Assembly: GCA_963702845.1 (NCBI GenBank) | Contig: OY969763.1 | Coordinates: 3,488,001-3,552,000 of the forward strand | From: an uncultured Verrucomicrobiae bacterium | Lineage (GTDB): Bacteria > Verrucomicrobiota > Verrucomicrobiia > Limisphaerales > Palsa-1400 | Length of the DNA stretch: 64,000 nucleotides | Direction: 5' to 3' | Shown: positions 40,017-48,402 of the stretch, piece after piece | Numbering within the stretch: the first letter of the stretch is position 1 | Layout: each line of letters begins with the position of its first letter | The notes under the pieces: generated by a model | What the model was told of the DNA's origin: nothing | Database searches by the model: none | The model's input: the letters and a program-made list of their open reading frames with translations, nothing else | Position numbers and translations under genes: made by a program

Positions 40017-40647
40017 GGCGGTTCCATCAAATCGCCAATCATCCACGAAAAAAGATCGCGGGAATGTTGCTACTAGTTGCTACAACCAGCTACTTGTCAC
40101 AACAGGTAGCAACTTTTCGGTATCGAAAGTTGCTATTTGCGAGCTGTCGATTTTTGATCACCCTTAGTGCCCCGCCTCCCCTACTCGGCGGTTACGGATT
40201 ATTTCAAAGAGCAAGCGCCGCTTTGCACAAGCCAGACGCACCAGGGATAACCCCAGCGAGGAGAGTAATACTAAGTGTCGCAACTACTTGTCAATCATTG
40301 AAGCGTTGATCAAAGCCAAGACACAAGGGCGGAGGAGGCGCAAAAACTGGAACGCGTTGTCCATTAATTAGACGTGAAATCTCGAACTTACTAAACTGTT
40401 CCTAATTGTGTGAGTTGACTTACTTTTTGAATAAGAGATCCAAATCAATTAGCTGACAGTGAAATAGAATTGATGCCCGAATCCTTTCCAAGCTCGAGTC
40501 CCCGAATCCATTCCCAAGCCCCATCGGAGCGCCATATTTATAGAAACAGCCCACCGTCAAATCACGCAAACTTCGACCTTCTATGTTCCACCGTTTGTGT
40601 CATGTTGACCTTAGCGAAGTGCCCTTCGCCAAGATCAGGAGCCGACT

Positions 40648-42036
40648 ATGTTCGAAAAACGCTTTTTCATACCCGGCCTCGCCCATGCTTCATATCTTTT
40701 TGGTGCCGATGGCCAAGCCGCCGTCGTCGATCCGAAACGCGATGTCGATGATTACATCGAAACCGCCCAACGAAACGGGCTCAAGATCGTCGCGATCTTC
40801 AATTCTCATCCGCACGCCGATTTCGCATCCGGCTTCATTGAACTGGCGCAGCGCACAGGCGCGAAGATTTACACCTCGCACCTTGCGCCGGCCACTTACC
40901 AGCGCGTCGCCGCCAAACATGGCGACCGCGTTCGCGTTGGCGGTCTCGAGGTCGAAATCCGGGAGACTCCCGGACACTCGCCAGACAGTCTCAGCTTCGT
41001 CGTGCATGAAAATGGCAAACCAATCGCCATTTACACCGGCGACTTGCTCTTTGTCGGTGACGTTGGCCGGCCCGACTTGCGCGATGCGGATGAAGATCCT
41101 TCCGCATTGGCCGCGAAACTTTACGATTCTCTCTTCAACGGAGTCTTCACTTTGCCGGACGACGTTCGTGTCTATCCCGCGCACGGCGCTGGCTCGCTCT
41201 GCGGACGCGCCATTTCGGACAGCCCGTTTTCGCTCATCGGTCAGGAACGCAAATTCAACTGGGCCGCCCAACTCAAGGACCAGAAAGAATTTGTCCGCCA
41301 GATGATCAGCAATCTGCCCGATCGTCCGGCCTATTTCAGTTACGACGTCGACATCAATCTGCGCGGCGCGACCCCTTTCAGCCAGCTTCCGGCCATCGCG
41401 CCGATCACTGAAACCGACCTGCAAACTGCAGCGGCCGAGGGCGCCGTGGTCATCGACACCCGACCGCCGCAAATGTTCGGCTCGGGACACTTCCCCGGCA
41501 GCCTTAACATCGGCCTCACCAGCGCCATGTTCGCCACCTGGGCCGGTTTCATGGTCCCGGGCGACAAACCCATCGCGCTCGTGGTCGGTTCGGCCGACGC
41601 GTTGCCCAAGGCGCGCCTGGAACTCGCGCGCATCGGGTTCGACAATATCATCGGCTACATCGAAGCCGACAATCTCACCAAAACCCGTCAGACCTCCCAA
41701 CTCAGCGTCAACGATCTCAAATCCGACCTCACCGTTGGCACCGCTCCGCTTGTCCTCGATGTCCGCACGCCGGGTGAATGGGCGTCCGACCACATCGAAG
41801 ACGCGCGGCACATTCCCCTGCCCCAACTCCGAAAAAAACTTAACACGCTCACCAAGACCCAGCGCATCGCCGTCATCTGCGGGAGCGGCTATCGCAGTTC
41901 TATCGCCACCAGCCTGCTCGCACGTGAACGTTTCGACCACGTTCAAAACGTGATGGGCGGGATGTCCGCCTATTCCGAAATCAAAACGCCCGAAATGCAT
42001 CCGGCCGATCTTGTTTTTCTAAGCGAAGGCATTTGA
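40648..42036 (+). CDS. MBL-fold hydrolase with two rhodanese domains (persulfide dioxygenase/sulfurtransferase-like)
   Basis: SHPHADF, TPGHS, GDLLF, PAHGAGSLCG, CGSGYRS. Confidence 0.9.
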   Translation: MFEKRFFIPGLAHASYLFGADGQAAVVDPKRDVDDYIETAQRNGLKIVAIFNSHPHADFASGFIELAQRTGAKIYTSHLAPATYQRVAAKHGDRVRVGGLEVEIRETPGHSPDSLSFVVHENGKPIAIYTGDLLFVGDVGRPDLRDADEDPSALAAKLYDSLFNGVFTLPDDVRVYPAHGAGSLCGRAISDSPFSLIGQERKFNWAAQLKDQKEFVRQMISNLPDRPAYFSYDVDINLRGATPFSQLPAIAPITETDLQTAAAEGAVVIDTRPPQMFGSGHFPGSLNIGLTSAMFATWAGFMVPGDKPIALVVGSADALPKARLELARIGFDNIIGYIEADNLTKTRQTSQLSVNDLKSDLTVGTAPLVLDVRTPGEWASDHIEDARHIPLPQLRKKLNTLTKTQRIAVICGSGYRSSIATSLLARERFDHVQNVMGGMSAYSEIKTPEMHPADLVFLSEGI

Positions 42037-42096
42037 GCAACGGGCGCGAGGCGCGGCGCCAAATGCAGGGCCCCCCACCCTTCCAGGGGGTTCGAA

Positions 42097-42189
42097 CCGT
42101 TACATCGTTACAACCCTTGTAAACATTGGGGATTTTTGCATTTTACCCGTTACAAAAGGCGTTACAGACCCTCTGCGGAGGCGTTACAA
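42097..42189 (+). repeat. Iteron-like array of five CGTTACA repeats (2 + spacer + 3)
   Basis: CCGTTACA TCGTTACA, ~34 bp, CCGTTACA..GCGTTACA..GCGTTACA. Confidence 0.75.
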
Positions 42190-42202
42190 GCCATCTCACA
42201 CC

Positions 42203-42757
42203 TCACCACGCCCGCGACAACCGCAATCCCCAATACGTGCTCGAGACCTCCGGCTCGATTTTCCAACCCTTATACGGTCGCGTGAAAATGTAACTGCTGA
42301 CAATCCCAATTCCCGCCCCCGCAACCACATCCTTCGGCCAATGATTATGAGACTCCACGCGGCTGTAGGCGACCCACGATGCCGCCGCATAACTCGGAAC
42401 TCCATACCACCATCCGTAACGCTTGCGCATGAATTCCGCCGCCATGAATGAAATCGACGTATGCCCCGAAGGCATCGAGTAATTGCCGCCGTTAGGCCGG
42501 GTCTCGTTCAAACCATATTTCAAGCCGTAGGTCACACCCTGGGACAGGAGGATCGATTCGCCGAGCTGGATCGCGCCCGGTTTATCTTTGTAAGCCAGCG
42601 TCAGCGTGGCTGCTGTCGCGGGCAGAACAAATTGCAAAATATCCCCCGAAGTCGCAATCGCACTACTCGCAACTGCTTGCGCAGTCACGACGGTGAGAAA
42701 CATCAGGACGAGAGGGTACACGGAAATCCGCGCGAGGGGGCGGCGGCTGGTTGTCAT
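42203..42757 (-). CDS. PAP2 family phosphatase (LpxE-like)
   Basis: KYGLNETRP, SMPSGH, SRVESHNHWPKDV. Confidence 0.9.
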   Translation of the reverse strand: MTTSRRPLARISVYPLVLMFLTVVTAQAVASSAIATSGDILQFVLPATAATLTLAYKDKPGAIQLGESILLSQGVTYGLKYGLNETRPNGGNYSMPSGHTSISFMAAEFMRKRYGWWYGVPSYAAASWVAYSRVESHNHWPKDVVAGAGIGIVSSYIFTRPYKGWKIEPEVSSTYWGLRLSRAW

Positions 42758-42924
42758 TCCACAATGATGCTTTCAATCCAAAGCGGCCGACGAAAGATTT
42801 ATTACACCGCAGATGAAATAATTAGTTGGACTCAGAAAATGTGCAGATTGACAGCGAAGCGTTGCGTGCGAGTGCCAGCACGATTTTTTAGTGTACAGGC
42901 AAAAAGGCAAACGATGCGCAAAAA

Positions 42925-43397
42925 CTTTACCGTTTCTTTACCGTCTCTTTACCGAATTTGACCGGTAAGGGGTTTCGCGCGACGGGCGTGAAGGAGCCGA
43001 AGCATTTCATCGATCGCGAATTGCGAATTGCGGATTGGTCATAAAGGGACAAAGGTTCCGACCGGCGACGGCCGAAATGATGCAAAAATGATGCAGAAAC
43101 GATGCAATTTTCTTCGAGGCCGGTCTTCATTGTGATTCGCGTTTTTGACATGCCTAGGCCAGAGAGGGGGGGTAGGCCTACCCCCATCCCCCCTCTGGAC
43201 CCGTCAGGCCGTCAGGAATGTTGATGGTCAAAGGGTTGAGAGGTAAGTTAGCCGTCAGGCTGACGGCAGGCACCCGTCAGGGCTGCAGTTTTTCGAGCGG
43301 GACATGTGACCAAAAGGTGACCAAAAGGTGACCAAAAGGTGACCAAAAGGTGACCAAAGGTGACCAAAGGTGACCAGATGACGGATGACGGATGTCC
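42925..43397 (+). repeat. Cluster of short phased repeat arrays
   Basis: CTTTACCG x3 (period 11), AAA(T/C)GATGCA x3 (period 11), CCGTCAGG x4 plus one variant, GGTGACCAAA(A) x7 at 43305-43376. Confidence 0.85.
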
Positions 43398-43411
43398 GGG
43401 CCGCGTTCGCA

Positions 43412-44380
43412 CTATTCCCCAACCATCCCTATCGTCCTCAACCACCTCTCCGCCAGCTCAGGCCATCCCGTGATCGGAAACTTCGTCGAGCGCAACCCGA
43501 ACGCATGTTTCCCTTCCGCATACAAATGCATCTCCACGGGAACCTTGGCGTTCTTCAGCGCAATATAGTAAACAAGCGAGTCGTTTACGTTGTCCACCGG
43601 ATCGTTCTCTGCCTGGAGTAAAAACGTAGGCGACGTCTGGCGCGTGATGCGCGTCGCAATGTCTGGATTCAGGTCAAAATTCGGATTCTCCGTTTCCGTC
43701 CAGTCCCATAAATGCCCCGGATAAAGAGCGAGCGCAAAATCCGGGCGGCAGCTTGCCTTGTCAGCCGCATCCACCGCCGGATACAAACGCTGCCCAAAAT
43801 GCGTGCTCATGGCTGCCACCAGATGTCCGCCGGCCGAAAACCCAAGCACGCCAATCTTATTCGGATCAATATGCCATTCAGCAGCGTGAAAACGTACCAA
43901 CCCAACCGTCCTCTGCGCATCCTCCAGCGCCATCGGTGCTTTCGGTGCGACGTGACGCTTCAGTTGCGCATCCCAATGTGGCCCGGAATCCGGCACGCGA
44001 TATTTCAACAGCACACCCGTGATCCCCTTGGACGTCAGCCAATCACACACCTCCGTCCCTTCAAGATCCATGGCCAGGACACGATAACCTCCGCCGGGAA
44101 AAATGACCACTGCAACGCCCGTATTCCTTCCCTTCGGCGAATAAACCGTCATCGTCGGCTGCGAAACATTCGTCACGATAACGACCGGTTTGCCGGCAAT
44201 CAGATCAGTTGACGTCATGACACCTTCCGGCCCCGGAGCTGGATGCGCATCCGGCACCGCCGCCGGCCAGATTCGGATTTGCGTATGACCCGCCGACGGC
44301 TCCCAGATATTCGTCTGCGCGCACAAACCCGTACACGCCAAGACAAAGCAGAGCCCAAAGAGAAAACGTTTTACCTCCAT
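43412..44380 (-). CDS. Secreted alpha/beta hydrolase (carbohydrate esterase-like)
   Basis: PGGGY, GFSAGG, ENDPV, GKHAFG. Confidence 0.9.
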   Translation of the reverse strand: MEVKRFLFGLCFVLACTGLCAQTNIWEPSAGHTQIRIWPAAVPDAHPAPGPEGVMTSTDLIAGKPVVIVTNVSQPTMTVYSPKGRNTGVAVVIFPGGGYRVLAMDLEGTEVCDWLTSKGITGVLLKYRVPDSGPHWDAQLKRHVAPKAPMALEDAQRTVGLVRFHAAEWHIDPNKIGVLGFSAGGHLVAAMSTHFGQRLYPAVDAADKASCRPDFALALYPGHLWDWTETENPNFDLNPDIATRITRQTSPTFLLQAENDPVDNVNDSLVYYIALKNAKVPVEMHLYAEGKHAFGLRSTKFPITGWPELAERWLRTIGMVGE

Positions 44381-44442
44381 CCCGCAGATGACACGCAAAG
44401 CGCCGGCCTCCGTCAAGCGAGAGTTCGAAAAGAATCACGATT

Positions 44443-44494
44443 ATGACTTATCGTCCATAGATTTTCAGCCGCGTTTCCATGGACTATAAGTCAT
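44443..44494 (+). promoter_or_regulatory. Paired C-box operators
   Basis: ATGACTTATCGTCCAT ... ATGGACTATAAGTCAT (15/16 inverted match, GACTTATAGTC-type core); the second box overlaps the start codon. Confidence 0.75.
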
Positions 44495-44720
44495 GGCGAA
44501 ACGCAACCAAATCCTCACCGCCTTCGGCTCCAATGTCCGGAAGAAGCGAGAGGCTCTAGATTTTACTCAAGAACGCCTGGCCGAAAAAGCCAACCTTGAT
44601 CAGACCTACATATCGGGCATTGAACGCGGCATTCGCAATCCAAGTGTTCTCAGCATCGTCCGTTTGGCAGTGGCGTTGGGGACGACAGTTTCAGACCTCA
44701 GCAAAGGGATTGAAAAGTGA
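44493..44720 (+). CDS. XRE-family HTH controller (C) protein
   Basis: FGSNVRKKR...TQERLAEKANLDQTYISGIERGIRNPS. Confidence 0.9.
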   Translation: MAKRNQILTAFGSNVRKKREALDFTQERLAEKANLDQTYISGIERGIRNPSVLSIVRLAVALGTTVSDLSKGIEK

Positions 44721-45886
44721 GGTCTCGTTCCGAAAAATCTGCAGGTAGCGCTAGCAAAGTTCAGCATTTGCGAGAAGACATCGTTCCGTATCGCATCAAT
44801 GGCGAAACTCATCAGCAGCCTCTCAAATTTATCGACCTTTTTTGTGGTATTGGTGGGTTTCGTATCGCATTTGAAAAAACAGGTTGCGAATGCGTTTTTT
44901 CTTCAGATTGGGATAAGCATTCGCAAGTCACCTACGAGGCAAACTTCGGCGAGAAACCCCACGGGGATATTCATTCCGTAGCAATCGCCGATATTCCGAA
45001 ACACGACATCCTATGTGGCGGATTTCCCTGCCAACCATTTAGTCTCGCTGGTGTTTCCAAGAAAAACAGTCTCGGCCGCAAACATGGCTTCGCCGATGAG
45101 AAACAAGGCAATCTTTTTTTCACAATCGCCGATATTTTGGAATACCATCGGCCGTCTGCATTCGTTTTGGAAAATGTTAAGCATCTCGTAAGGCACGATC
45201 AAGGTCGCACGTTCAAAATCATATATGACACACTCACCGATGCCCTCGGTTACCAAGTGTACTGGCGGATCATCAACGCTCAATGCGTCGTACCACAGCA
45301 ACGACAGCGCATCTTTCTTGTCGGTTTCAAGCCAGGGCGTGCTTTCGAGTTCCCGGAGTTTCCAGTCGAAGGACCGAAGCTATCGACGATACTTGACGAG
45401 CAAGTGCCGGACAAATATACCCTGACAGATCACCTTTGGAATTACCTTCAGAACTACGCAAAAAAACATCAAGCGGCGGGAAATGGATTTGGTTTCGGAC
45501 TTTTCACAGGCAATGATGTAGCCAGAACGCTCAGCGCTCGTTACCACAAGGACGGTTCGGAAGTGCTTATTTCACAGGGACCGCGAAAAAATCCGAGAAG
45601 GTTAACTCCTCGGGAGTGCGCACGGCTCATGGGTTACCCAAACAATTTCAAAATACCAGTATCTGATACCCAGGCATATCGACAATTCGGAAATTCTGTT
45701 GTAGTTCCGGTCGTTGAGCGCATCGCAAGAAGTGTGGTAGAGACCTTAAGAAGGCCAGTTGACTATCGCCCAGATTTGACCCTTGAAGATAAGAAGCGTT
45801 TGCAAATCCAAGCCGCCACTCCTGCGCTTGAGCCCATCCGTTATGTGATTAAGAAAAAACGTTCCCGAAAAGCGGCTTCCAAATAA
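44717..45886 (+). CDS. dcm: DNA (cytosine-5) methyltransferase, Dcm/M.EcoRII-like
   Basis: FIDLFCGIGG, GFPCQPFS, ENV, QQRQRIF; Dcm-type TRD (GNGFGFG...RTLSARYHKDGSE); RQFGNSV. Confidence 0.93.
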   Translation: MRSRSEKSAGSASKVQHLREDIVPYRINGETHQQPLKFIDLFCGIGGFRIAFEKTGCECVFSSDWDKHSQVTYEANFGEKPHGDIHSVAIADIPKHDILCGGFPCQPFSLAGVSKKNSLGRKHGFADEKQGNLFFTIADILEYHRPSAFVLENVKHLVRHDQGRTFKIIYDTLTDALGYQVYWRIINAQCVVPQQRQRIFLVGFKPGRAFEFPEFPVEGPKLSTILDEQVPDKYTLTDHLWNYLQNYAKKHQAAGNGFGFGLFTGNDVARTLSARYHKDGSEVLISQGPRKNPRRLTPRECARLMGYPNNFKIPVSDTQAYRQFGNSVVVPVVERIARSVVETLRRPVDYRPDLTLEDKKRLQIQAATPALEPIRYVIKKKRSRKAASK

Positions 45887-45896
45887 ATCGCTCCCA

Positions 45897-47111
45897 ATGG
45901 CCACACTTTTCGAATACGCGATAGCTGTGGCGGCAAAAGCCGGTAGAACAATCGTTTCCGGTCAAGTTTTCGCGAAGGTCCTAACTCGGAATGACGATGC
46001 CGGTCGGCACGGCGTATTGATCCCAAGCGAGGCCTACACGTTTTTTCCGAATCTTCCGATTCCAGATCCAACGCAAAACGCGACTGAAACATTCGAGGTA
46101 TTTGATGCGCTTTCGGCGACTCGGCGGAAGGTGGCGTTCAAATATTATCAGCGCTATCCCGAACGGAGAATAACCTGCGTTCACCCGATCCTAAATGATC
46201 TAGACAGCGGTAAGCGGCTGTTTATCGCGCTTCAGCTCAAACATTCAGACGGAACTACGAATTATTACTTCGACTATGCAAATTCCGCACTGGGTGGACG
46301 ATTTAACGAACTTTTCCGTCTCATTTTCGGTGAGCAAGTAGCGGATGTTCCAGCCAACTTTGTAATTAGGCCCGTTGATGTGGCCGCTTTTGCCACCGAT
46401 GAATCGTTAGCCGAGTTGTTGCGCAAGTTTGACGAGGTCAAGAGTTCAGGGTGGATCGATGCTATGCGTTTGGGCGACACGGGAATCGGCTATACATTTG
46501 AAACGCTCTTAGGGATCAAGGAAAATAATGACGAGTTTGGCGATTTTCGTGGGATCGAACTCAAATGCCAAAAAATCAAAGAAGGACGAACAACAGGCAC
46601 AGGAAAAATTAATCTTTTCCAAGAAGGACCAGTTTGGCTATCGAAAACAAGCGCCCGAGATCGCATTCGAATTCTAGGTCAAAAACGAGTCGATGGGTTA
46701 TACGCGTGTCATTCGCAGCTTTCCACAACTGCAAATAACCTGGGTTTACTTTTGGACGTTATTCGCTCTCAAAGCAAAATTGATTTGCGTAAGCATGCTG
46801 ATCCAGTCGGTTACTGGACATTTAAACAGCTGGAGCAACGACTAATAGAAAAGCATTCTCGCGCGGCTTTCGTGAAAGCAAAGACCCGCAGTATTCGGGG
46901 CACAACGCAATACGCGTATGACGAATTGGTCTATTGTGATAGGCCGAGCATTCAAAAGTTTATTGACCTAATTGACAGGCGAAACATCGTCTTCGAATTT
47001 ATTATGTCCGAACGCTCGAATGGCGAAATCCGGAACCATGGTTATCCGTGGCGACTAATACGTGCAGAGTTTCTGGACAACCTGTTCGCCTTTCGCATCA
47101 AACTTCGCTGA
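45897..47111 (+). CDS. MvaI/BcnI-family restriction endonuclease with EcoRII-N-like N-terminal domain
   Basis: GDTGIGYTFETLLGIKENN..GDFRGIELK and RNHGYPWR; N-terminal FAKVLTRNDD...HGVLIP. Confidence 0.8.
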   Translation: MATLFEYAIAVAAKAGRTIVSGQVFAKVLTRNDDAGRHGVLIPSEAYTFFPNLPIPDPTQNATETFEVFDALSATRRKVAFKYYQRYPERRITCVHPILNDLDSGKRLFIALQLKHSDGTTNYYFDYANSALGGRFNELFRLIFGEQVADVPANFVIRPVDVAAFATDESLAELLRKFDEVKSSGWIDAMRLGDTGIGYTFETLLGIKENNDEFGDFRGIELKCQKIKEGRTTGTGKINLFQEGPVWLSKTSARDRIRILGQKRVDGLYACHSQLSTTANNLGLLLDVIRSQSKIDLRKHADPVGYWTFKQLEQRLIEKHSRAAFVKAKTRSIRGTTQYAYDELVYCDRPSIQKFIDLIDRRNIVFEFIMSERSNGEIRNHGYPWRLIRAEFLDNLFAFRIKLR

Positions 47112-47585
47112 TTACGAAAAGTTTTTTGGAAATCGCAAGCAGCGCTTTGCCCATCCGTTTAAGTTAGCTGTATTGACGCGACACTCCCAAATCACAACTG
47201 AACGCCACCCGAGCTTCCGCATCGCACGTTGATGAATCTTGTCGCGTGCGGCATTCCCATTCAGTTTCGCCAGCCAGAATTTTCTGCGGTTCGTCGGTGT
47301 CGTGCAGTTTTTGCAACCTTTATGCCGATGCCAGAAGCAGCCGTGAACGAAGATGGCGGTTTTGTATTTGGGTAGAATGATGTCGGGGCGGACGTAAATT
47401 GTCTTTGGTTGAGAGTTGAGTGTTGAGGGGGGAATCGCAATGCGGACGTGGAGGCGGAAGCGGTAGCCCATTTTGTGCAGGAGGCTGCGCACGATTTTTT
47501 CGGGCGTGGTGTCCTTTCCCTTAATCCGGCTCATGTTCCATGAGCGTCGCGCTTTGGTGAGACGATCTTTAGATACGGGTTTCAC
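47112..47585 (-). CDS. vsr: Very short patch repair endonuclease
   Basis: RSWNMSRIKGKDTTPE, RPDI, FVHGCFWHRH, VIWEC. Confidence 0.95.
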   Translation of the reverse strand: MKPVSKDRLTKARRSWNMSRIKGKDTTPEKIVRSLLHKMGYRFRLHVRIAIPPSTLNSQPKTIYVRPDIILPKYKTAIFVHGCFWHRHKGCKNCTTPTNRRKFWLAKLNGNAARDKIHQRAMRKLGWRSVVIWECRVNTANLNGWAKRCLRFPKNFS

Positions 47586-47691
47586 GAATCACAGGAATTC
47601 TAACGCAAAGTCGCAAAGACCCGAAGGTGGAAATTGAAACCGCTCATCTGCGCTAATCAACGCTAATGGGACGGGCGTTTTTTCATTTTGC

Positions 47692-48394
47692 TCCCAGAGC
47701 GTTGCCCCGGGCTGGGGCTGAAGCGCGCCTTTGGCGCTTTGGAAGTGATCTTGTTTATTTTACCGGAGCATTTTCAGCGCTGTTCCGTCTAATCGTTCAT
47801 GAAGTCTCAAACGATTGCGGTTATGGTGGCAGCGCTGACGATGACAGGCTTGGTTTCAGCGCAAACGAACAACATCCCGAACCGCCTGATCGATTACGCC
47901 GCTTTCCAGAAACAAGTCAAAGAAGTCGGACAATGGCGCGAAGGACATCGGCTGACGGAAGAGCAATTTGTCGAGGCGTCGAGGCAACGCGACACCATCA
48001 TCCTCGATGCGCGCAGCAAGGATAAATACGCCCTGCTCCATATCGAAGGAGCGATTAACCTGCCGCTAACGGACTTCACTGCGGCCGAGTTGGCCAGGGT
48101 GATTCCCACGAAAGCCACACGCATCGTCATCTACTGCAACAACAACTTCCTCGACAGCCCGCGTGCGTTCGCGACCAAAGCAGCCCCGGCGTCGCTCAAT
48201 CTTTACACGTTCAACAACCTGGTCAGCTACGGTTACACGAACGTTTACGAACTCGGTCCCCTGCTCGACACCCACGCTACCAAAATCCGATTGGCAGGAA
48301 CGGATTCGCGCCAGTGATGAATTGGATTTTGGGGCGCCTAATTTGATCCCAGGGCGTTGCCCTGGGCTGCGGCTGAAGCGCGCCTTTGGCGCTT
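47692..48394. repeat. 48-bp REP-like direct repeats (47692-47739, 48347-48394) flanking the rhodanese gene
   Basis: TCCCAG(A/G)GCGTTGCCC(C/T)GGGCTG(G/C)GGCTGAAGCGCGCCTTTGGCGCTT, 45/48 identical. Confidence 0.85.
47799..48317 (+). CDS. Secreted rhodanese-like protein
   Basis: Signal peptide; ILDARS, HIEGAINLP, IYCNNN. Confidence 0.85.
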   Translation: MKSQTIAVMVAALTMTGLVSAQTNNIPNRLIDYAAFQKQVKEVGQWREGHRLTEEQFVEASRQRDTIILDARSKDKYALLHIEGAINLPLTDFTAAELARVIPTKATRIVIYCNNNFLDSPRAFATKAAPASLNLYTFNNLVSYGYTNVYELGPLLDTHATKIRLAGTDSRQ

Positions 48395-48402
48395 CGGGAC
48401 GC

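Noticed and set aside
43305..43376. CRISPR array
   Set aside because: Units are 10-11 bp with no spacers, and no cas genes are present.
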